Sequence record: OL539451.1
Reading direction: 5' to 3' (one strand)
From: Escherichia phage vB_EcoD_Opt-719
DNA length: 48,302 nucleotides
In this document: in pieces, positions 43,885-48,302 of the stretch
Layout: each line of letters starts with the position of its first letter
Numbering within the stretch: position 1 is the first letter of the stretch
The notes under the pieces: model-generated
Databases searched by the model: none
Seen by the model: the letters and a program-made list of their open reading frames with translations, nothing else
Told to the model about the DNA's origin: nothing
Translations under genes and position numbers: made by a program

Positions 43885-43948
43885 CCAGTTCCGCAGGGAT
43901 GCGTTATAGTTATTTCATCGAAACGAAATGGTTAATAGAGGAAGGCAA

Positions 43949-44107
43949 ATGAGTTATTACGAAGTTATCGACACTGGCAATAAATCATTACTTGGCTCAA
44001 AGCGCTTTAAATGTACCGGCCAAGGGTTCACTGGATACGGCTTTGACGAGAAAGATGCCATCCTGGAATGGAAAGAAGCTAAATACATTGGGGAGTTCGA
44101 CGAATGA
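43949..44107 (+). CDS. hypothetical small protein (52 aa)
   Basis: first cistron after promoter cassette (GAGGAAGG RBS); below ORF-track cutoff. Confidence 0.35.
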   Translation: MSYYEVIDTGNKSLLGSKRFKCTGQGFTGYGFDEKDAILEWKEAKYIGEFDE

Positions 44108-44247
44108 AACACATTGGATGGCTGGTAAACGGAACGTTCTACTCACTAACCGACGCAGTAAGGGTGGAAAGAATTAGAGTTAACTGCGGACGAAATGTCC
44201 AGATTCTTGAAATTTACGCAGAGGAGGAAGTATGCGTAAGGTACTGA
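44104..44247 (+). CDS. hypothetical small protein (47 aa)
   Basis: ATG overlaps upstream TGA (ATGA); 3' end overlaps start of membrane-protein gene; GGAG RBS. Confidence 0.3.
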   Translation: MKHIGWLVNGTFYSLTDAVRVERIRVNCGRNVQILEIYAEEEVCVRY

Positions 44248-44708
44248 TGATATGCGTCTATGTTGCCATATTCTTATTGGCAAACCTCCTGGTAGCCTCA
44301 TTTGGTCCAGCGGTAACTCCATTTAACGCACTTTTTCTTATAGCGGCAGACATGGTATTAAGGGACAGGATTCAGTTTGAGAGCGGTGCGGCATGGTCAA
44401 TACTAGCATGCTTCCTTGCCGGATTTGCGACTGTATTAATAGCGCCAGGTTCAGAGATGATTGCTTTAGCATCTGGCCTATCATGCTTACTTGCTGGATC
44501 AGCTTCAGCGATTGCATTCAAATTAAAGTCTGGTGGATTTTTTCAGAAGGCGTTGCCAGCAAACGTAATTGCTGCTGCGGTAGATTCAATTGCATTCCCA
44601 TTAATTGCTTTCGGGTCTATAATGCCAGGCATAACAGCAGCCCAGTTTGCCGCTAAAACTATTGGCGCATCAATCATACTATTAATCATAAGGAAATTAT
44701 CTAAGTGA
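44232..44708 (+). CDS. polytopic inner-membrane protein, tentatively YhhQ/Vut-like (DUF165) transporter
   Basis: 158 aa, ~5 predicted TM helices, GAGGAGG RBS; family guess from size, topology and conserved-looking Asp/Arg residues (AADMVLRDR, AVDSIAFPLIAF); unverified. Confidence 0.4.
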   Translation: MRKVLMICVYVAIFLLANLLVASFGPAVTPFNALFLIAADMVLRDRIQFESGAAWSILACFLAGFATVLIAPGSEMIALASGLSCLLAGSASAIAFKLKSGGFFQKALPANVIAAAVDSIAFPLIAFGSIMPGITAAQFAAKTIGASIILLIIRKLSK

Positions 44709-45535
44709 CAATTCACTTCCATGGCTCCCCTATAACGGGGGGCAAGGGCGATGCACTTGCTCGGACCGCGTATACAAATGGCGGTGCTTTCGTGTCATTC
44801 GCCCACCCGCAGCAGATAGAATTGGCGTTTAAGGTAGCGAATGCAGTATGCATAGATAATGGTGCGTTCTCTAAGAAGAATAGCGGCAAAGCTACTGACT
44901 GGCATAAATTCTATAATGACTTTTTACCCAGATTTATCGACAGAGAAAAGTTACGATTCTTTGTTATACCTGATGATATCAGCGGGTGCGACAAAGAGAA
45001 CGACAGATTAATAAGCGAACTTCCATTACACCTAAAGCACAAAGGAGCTCCAGTCTGGCATATGCATGAGAGCTTAGACAGGCTAGTCCACCTTGCCAAC
45101 GAGTGGGAATACATGTGTATAGGCTCGTCAGGCGAGTACTACTCTATCCGTTCAGAGAAATGGAAGCGGCGCATGAATGATGCCTTTAACGCTCTAATTC
45201 AGAGGGGCTACTCAGCAAAAATTCACGGCCTCAGAATGCTGGATGGTCGAGTTCTTGGCAACTACCCACTGGATCAGGCTGACTCAACAAACCTGGCTAT
45301 TAATGCGCCTAAGTGGATATGCAAATATATAGATATGACCATTGAGGCGTGCCGAGCTCAGACTCACAGAGACGCATGGATTTCAACCTCAGATCCGAAG
45401 TTTGCACTTGAGCAATTAATCGCAGACGGCGGCACAAGGGAGCAGATGCTGGCACAGAGATGCGCGATACTCAGGAATTGCATAGAAGCAGTAAGGCCAC
45501 CATCAAGGGATTCATGGAATAGCACGAATTGCTAA
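44705..45535 (+). CDS. hypothetical enzyme, tentatively TGT/DpdA-like transglycosylase
   Basis: 276 aa; GTG start overlapping upstream TGA (GTGA); motif VCIDNGAFS loosely resembles TGT catalytic DSGGFQ; call rests mainly on gene context; unverified. Confidence 0.3.
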   Translation: MTIHFHGSPITGGKGDALARTAYTNGGAFVSFAHPQQIELAFKVANAVCIDNGAFSKKNSGKATDWHKFYNDFLPRFIDREKLRFFVIPDDISGCDKENDRLISELPLHLKHKGAPVWHMHESLDRLVHLANEWEYMCIGSSGEYYSIRSEKWKRRMNDAFNALIQRGYSAKIHGLRMLDGRVLGNYPLDQADSTNLAINAPKWICKYIDMTIEACRAQTHRDAWISTSDPKFALEQLIADGGTREQMLAQRCAILRNCIEAVRPPSRDSWNSTNC

Positions 45536-45536
45536 A
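45517..45536 (+). promoter_or_regulatory. promoter-cassette motif copy
   Basis: GAATAGCACGAATTGCTAAA; supplies TAA stop (C-terminal NSTNC) of upstream gene. Confidence 0.5.
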
Positions 45537-45592
45537 CAATAAATCGGGTAGTCAGCTATGATTACCCTATCAACAACGAAGAGGAAATGATT

Positions 45593-45805
45593 ATGGATAC
45601 TGGAATTTTACGCATTGACGATGTTCACTTTGACCAGGCTGAGGTCAGTGTCACCAAGTTAACCTTTCGAGGTAATGTTGTTAGCCTTGACTTCGATCCT
45701 GACGACTACGGCGACGGTCAAACACTTATGCAATACTCACCTGTTGCGGCCCGCAAATTAGCGGCGGCATTAATCCTGGCGGCAGAAGAGGCGGAAGAGC
45801 AATGA
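45593..45805 (+). CDS. hypothetical protein (70 aa)
   Basis: start ATG 45593 with GAGGAA RBS (track ATG 45587 has no spacing); Ala-rich acidic C-terminus. Confidence 0.4.
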   Translation: MDTGILRIDDVHFDQAEVSVTKLTFRGNVVSLDFDPDDYGDGQTLMQYSPVAARKLAAALILAAEEAEEQ

Positions 45806-46041
45806 TTACCATTAACCTGTCTTATGAACAAGCTGCAGAGCTAAAAGATATAATGCAGCACTCACTCATTAACAAGAATTATAGCTGCACAGAGGTGCTA
45901 TCAGAAGCGATTACACAGATTCAGAACCAACAGATAGCTGACGATGATGAACTCCCATGGGACACTGATACCGCCTGGAGCCGATACGAGCAGATTTGCA
46001 CAGCGCTATCAGGTTGTCAGCTGGCTAGCCAATACAAATGA
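45802..46041 (+). CDS. hypothetical protein (79 aa)
   Basis: ATG overlaps upstream TGA (ATGA). Confidence 0.4.
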   Translation: MITINLSYEQAAELKDIMQHSLINKNYSCTEVLSEAITQIQNQQIADDDELPWDTDTAWSRYEQICTALSGCQLASQYK

Positions 46042-46163
46042 CAATATACGAACACAAATTCAGTAGCAGGGGTATTGATATGCTCCTGCATTATGTAGAC
46101 GAGAGATACGCCATGTTGATGCAGAAGACGCATGGCGGCACAATAACGAGGATTGAGATATGA
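46038..46163 (+). CDS. hypothetical micro-ORF (41 aa)
   Basis: ATG overlaps upstream stop (ATGA); translationally coupled chain. Confidence 0.25.
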   Translation: MTIYEHKFSSRGIDMLLHYVDERYAMLMQKTHGGTITRIEI

Positions 46164-46294
46164 AGATTCATAATGGCGAATACAGTAATTTTTACATTGA
46201 TGAGTGCGTTGAACTATATGAAGGATATGGCGAGCCAACTGCGTGCCATGGAGATGAGCTTGGTATCAGCTTTCCCGAAGAGCGTGAGGATTGA
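46160..46294 (+). CDS. hypothetical micro-ORF (44 aa)
   Basis: ATG overlaps upstream stop (ATGA); GAGG RBS. Confidence 0.25.
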   Translation: MKIHNGEYSNFYIDECVELYEGYGEPTACHGDELGISFPEERED

Positions 46295-46297
46295 TAT

Positions 46298-46540
46298 ATG
46301 AGCAAGTACAACCGAGAGATTATCGGCCTGGATGGAACGTTAACGACAGTCGATGTATATCGTGTTCTGGATGCATTCCAGGTAACAGACCCAGCAATTC
46401 AGCACGCAATCAAGAAAATGCTCTGTACTGGGTTGCGAGGCCACAAGGATTACCTCACCGACATTGATGACTCAATAGAATCACTTAGGAAAGCAAAGGA
46501 GCTTTACGGTCAGAAGAAGATAAATAGCACGAATTGCTAA
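46298..46540 (+). CDS. hypothetical protein (80 aa)
   Basis: track ORF; C-terminus NSTNC supplied by promoter-cassette motif. Confidence 0.45.
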   Translation: MSKYNREIIGLDGTLTTVDVYRVLDAFQVTDPAIQHAIKKMLCTGLRGHKDYLTDIDDSIESLRKAKELYGQKKINSTNC

Positions 46541-46541
46541 A
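46522..46541 (+). promoter_or_regulatory. promoter-cassette motif copy
   Basis: AAATAGCACGAATTGCTAAA; GGGATGCG and CTAAATCGAAACGAA downstream. Confidence 0.5.
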
Positions 46542-46597
46542 CATCAATCGCAGGGATGCGTTACTATTACTAAATCGAAACGAACTAGGAAGAAGAA

Positions 46598-46810
46598 ATG
46601 AAAATTAAAATTATCGATGTTGATTATGTTACTGATGACGAGTCTATCACGCTTCGCGAATGCGGCTTCGAGATTGGCGATGTTGTAGAGGTGTCTGGTA
46701 AGTACAACAACGGAGAGCTTTCAATCCAGGCAATCCGTGAGACTGATTTTGTTAATGTTGGCAATGAGGTTAGTATAAGCGAATTTGAATATGAGGTAGT
46801 GGAAGAATGA
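46598..46810 (+). CDS. hypothetical acidic protein (70 aa), paralog of 41920..42138
   Basis: GGAAGAAG RBS; MKIKIIDVDYVTDDE...GFEIGDVVEV...EYEVVEE. Confidence 0.45.
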   Translation: MKIKIIDVDYVTDDESITLRECGFEIGDVVEVSGKYNNGELSIQAIRETDFVNVGNEVSISEFEYEVVEE

Positions 46811-46923
46811 AACCCTCTGAGTGGTGCAAAAAGATGATGGATGAGGCAAAAGACGGCGAGGAGGCGATGACATACTTTGAGTTGATGAATATGTGGCGTG
46901 AGCGCGAGGAGAAGAAATCGTGA
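46807..46923 (+). CDS. hypothetical micro-ORF (38 aa)
   Basis: ATG overlaps upstream TGA (ATGA); Glu/Lys-rich. Confidence 0.25.
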   Translation: MKPSEWCKKMMDEAKDGEEAMTYFELMNMWREREEKKS

Positions 46924-47054
46924 TTTGGATTCACACGTACTATACTGGCAAGTTCAATAGCGTAATGCACAAGAGGATGTATGACAGCTATGAAGCAGCA
47001 AAAGCACAACACGCAGTTCTCGGTGGCGACATTCAATCTTACAAGAAGGCTTAA
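46920..47054 (+). CDS. hypothetical micro-ORF (44 aa)
   Basis: GTG overlapping upstream TGA (GTGA); fills gap before ATG 47057. Confidence 0.2.
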   Translation: MIWIHTYYTGKFNSVMHKRMYDSYEAAKAQHAVLGGDIQSYKKA

Positions 47055-47056
47055 TT

Positions 47057-47296
47057 ATGTTCGGACTTACTCAACCGCAATTCAATGCAGTGCGCGCCCA
47101 GGCTAAGAAGCTAAACGAGGCAGTGGATAAGCTAACAGCCAAGCAGAAGCAGGATAACGATATCATGAAGGCAGTTATCTGTGAGTTCCATAGCCCGGTC
47201 AGTACAATCATCGAGAAGATGCGGTTCGTCTGGGTTGCTGGTTATCTGGCTGGCCGCGTTGGTAAGCGTGAAGATGGGAGTAATATCTATGATTAA
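47057..47296 (+). CDS. hypothetical protein (79 aa)
   Basis: track ORF; ATG 2 nt after upstream stop. Confidence 0.4.
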   Translation: MFGLTQPQFNAVRAQAKKLNEAVDKLTAKQKQDNDIMKAVICEFHSPVSTIIEKMRFVWVAGYLAGRVGKREDGSNIYD

Positions 47297-47489
47297 TCCA
47301 TTCAAGAGTTTCGCTGTTTCTATGGGATGGACTTGCAGGAAGCATGTATTCGTACTCTTTAGGCATATCAAGTGGTATGAGATTGAGTACTACCGCAAAG
47401 GATATAGAAGTAAGCTGGTATGTCGCAATTGCAATAAAATGATTTACTCTAAGATTGATTTTAATGATAAATTTGGATTGCCACTATGA
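47289..47489 (+). CDS. hypothetical protein (66 aa), possible Cys-containing small zinc-binding protein
   Basis: start ATG 47289 (track TTG 47181 overlaps previous gene); contains WTCRKH and CRNCNK. Confidence 0.35.
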   Translation: MINPFKSFAVSMGWTCRKHVFVLFRHIKWYEIEYYRKGYRSKLVCRNCNKMIYSKIDFNDKFGLPL

Positions 47490-47554
47490 CTGAACTATCA
47501 ATATGGTTCCTGGCTGGCATGCTGACTTGGATTTATTTCGTGGTCATGGCTTGA
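47486..47554 (+). CDS. hypothetical hydrophobic micro-ORF (22 aa)
   Basis: ATG overlaps upstream TGA (ATGA); MTELSIWFLAGMLTWIYFVVMA. Confidence 0.25.
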   Translation: MTELSIWFLAGMLTWIYFVVMA

Positions 47555-47746
47555 CTCAAATGTTTAATATGGTTAGTATTAAACACGTAGACGGCAATGA
47601 CCGTAACGCGCATCGCGGAGATGAAAGCCGATAGCCGGGCTGGATAAAGATACGAGGCAACTACCGCATCGCCAAAAGCAAAGTGTAAGTCGGACTTGCG
47701 GAGCATTGTGAAAGCTCGCCGGATTCCGTAACCGGCACCTATTCAA

Positions 47747-47822
47747 GTTCTGTTAGTGTAAGTGGACAGCACGAAGACCTCCTAAGTCTTAGGTACTGGT
47801 TCAAGTCCAGTGCGGAACGCCA
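47747..47822 (+). tRNA. tRNA-Arg (anticodon CCU)
   Basis: 76 nt cloverleaf by hand: 7-bp acceptor (GTTCTGT/GCGGAAC, two G-U), D-stem GTGT/GCAC with GG in loop, anticodon loop CUCCUAA, T-arm ACTGG-TTCAAGT-CCAGT, encoded CCA. Confidence 0.8.
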
Positions 47823-47827
47823 AATAT

Positions 47828-47929
47828 GCTCACGTTGCTAATGTTGGCCTAAGGGTGGAGCTTATACCTCCATAAAGCAATCACCAGATAAGTGATGTAA
47901 CGCAGGTTCGATTCCTGCCGTGAGCACCA
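47828..47929 (+). tRNA. atypical tRNA-like element (102 nt incl. CCA)
   Basis: perfect 7-bp acceptor pairing GCTCACG/CGTGAGC, T-arm GCAGG-TTCGATT-CCTGC, discriminator A plus CCA; two candidate anticodon stem-loops (CUUAUAC, CAGAUAA); D-region ~26 nt too long. Confidence 0.35.
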
Positions 47930-47945
47930 ATCATGGAGCATCCTA

Positions 47946-48131
47946 GTGAATAACTACGAAGTCCGTTTAACTTCCCGCCTAATGGGCAGGCAATGCAAAT
48001 CTTGCCAGCAATCCTACGAAGGTAGGTTCCCTGCTAACAGCCCTGAAGAAGCAGTTGCAGCCGCAAAGGCAGCATTTAAGATTGACCTGACGGTTCACAA
48101 AGTCAGCGTTGATAAAGTATCCCTCGTTTGA
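47946..48131 (+). CDS. hypothetical protein (61 aa)
   Basis: GTG start with GGAG 8 nt upstream; Ala/Lys-rich; followed by strong terminator. Confidence 0.35.
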   Translation: MNNYEVRLTSRLMGRQCKSCQQSYEGRFPANSPEEAVAAAKAAFKIDLTVHKVSVDKVSLV

Positions 48132-48159
48132 GATTGGTAATCTCGCAATGTAGTGTTTC

Positions 48160-48183
48160 GCCCTCCTCGTGAGGGCTTTTTTT
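48160..48183 (+). terminator. rho-independent terminator
   Basis: hairpin GCCCTC-CTCGT-GAGGGC followed by TTTTTTTT. Confidence 0.7.
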
Positions 48184-48195
48184 CGTCTCTACTCA

Positions 48196-48204
48196 TGGTA
48201 CAAT
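48196..48204 (+). promoter_or_regulatory. extended -10 promoter element TGgTACAAT
   Basis: same TGnTACAAT element as at 5641-5649; ~20 bp upstream of AGGAGG RBS. Confidence 0.4.
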
Positions 48205-48229
48205 GACTTTTAAAACAGGAGGAATGACA

Positions 48230-48292
48230 ATGACAGGCTATCAACCAAAACCACACGATGGCGAAATAAAACCACCGCCAAGGAGACCTTGA
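48230..48292 (+). CDS. hypothetical micro-ORF (20 aa, Pro-rich)
   Basis: AGGAGG RBS 7 nt upstream; TGA overlaps next ATG (ATGA). Confidence 0.25.
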   Translation: MTGYQPKPHDGEIKPPPRRP

Positions 48293-48302
48293 TGATTGAG
48301 TC
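48292..48302 (+). CDS. 5' end of a gene truncated by the window edge (continues in frame at 1..70 if the molecule is circular)
   Basis: AGGAG RBS 6 nt upstream of ATG 48292; joined to window start gives 26-aa TM-like ORF MIESIASIFGVIVGFTIIYNIWKIRS ending at TAA 68-70. Confidence 0.35.

Noticed and set aside
43992-44177. Track ORF 43992..44177 (TTG start) in the region upstream of the membrane-protein gene
   Set aside because: TTG start without RBS; the region is better explained by two ATG-initiated, translationally coupled ORFs (43949..44107, 44104..44247) in the other frames.
47555-47746. A third tRNA upstream of tRNA-Arg
   Set aside because: No T-loop consensus or acceptor pairing could be found by hand.
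1-48302. Temperate lifestyle markers (integrase, CI-like repressor with attP) and CRISPR/anti-CRISPR loci
   Set aside because: No tyrosine/serine recombinase-like ORF or attP-like repeats recognised; Rha-like and HTH proteins alone do not establish lysogeny. Absence judged from motifs only.

Overview
The window reads as a complete or near-complete ~48.3-kb genome of a virulent T1-like siphophage (Drexlerviridae-style layout); this is inferred from gene order and motifs only, with no database search. Layout: a plus-strand structural block (terminase, portal, head, tail, tape measure, J-like tip; 74-23017), a small minus-strand lipoprotein operon, a plus-strand recombination module (Rha-like, PD-(D/E)XK exonuclease, HNH endonuclease, Erf-like, SSB), a minus-strand island (tail fibre, primase-like, HTH protein), then helicase and early genes, a lysis cassette (holin, SAR-type lysozyme, unimolecular spanin-like), and two divergent early-gene blocks around an iteron-rich region at ~42.2-42.8 kb, ending with a tRNA-Arg(CCU) and an atypical tRNA-like element. 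No integrase, repressor, CRISPR array, DPPY-type methyltransferase or PNK motif was seen. Most interesting: (1) a collagen-like gene split by a single in-frame amber codon with Gly-X-Y phase preserved across it; (2) an SGNH-hydrolase plus collagen-like cassette inserted in the head module; (3) a P-loop ATPase on the minus strand whose N- and C-terminal modules recur as an ATPase-less mini-paralog on the plus strand, flanking the iterons; (4) a translationally coupled membrane-protein plus enzyme pair that may be a 7-deazaguanine salvage/DNA-modification module (tentative); (5) a ~20-bp promoter-cassette motif present in at least 15 copies that also supplies upstream stop codons. ORF-track starts often use TTG/GTG and are N-terminally extended; I moved starts to RBS-supported ATGs where stated. 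Family calls come from motif recall and need HMM/structure confirmation; coordinates for terminators, motifs and repeats are hand-indexed and may be off by a few bases.
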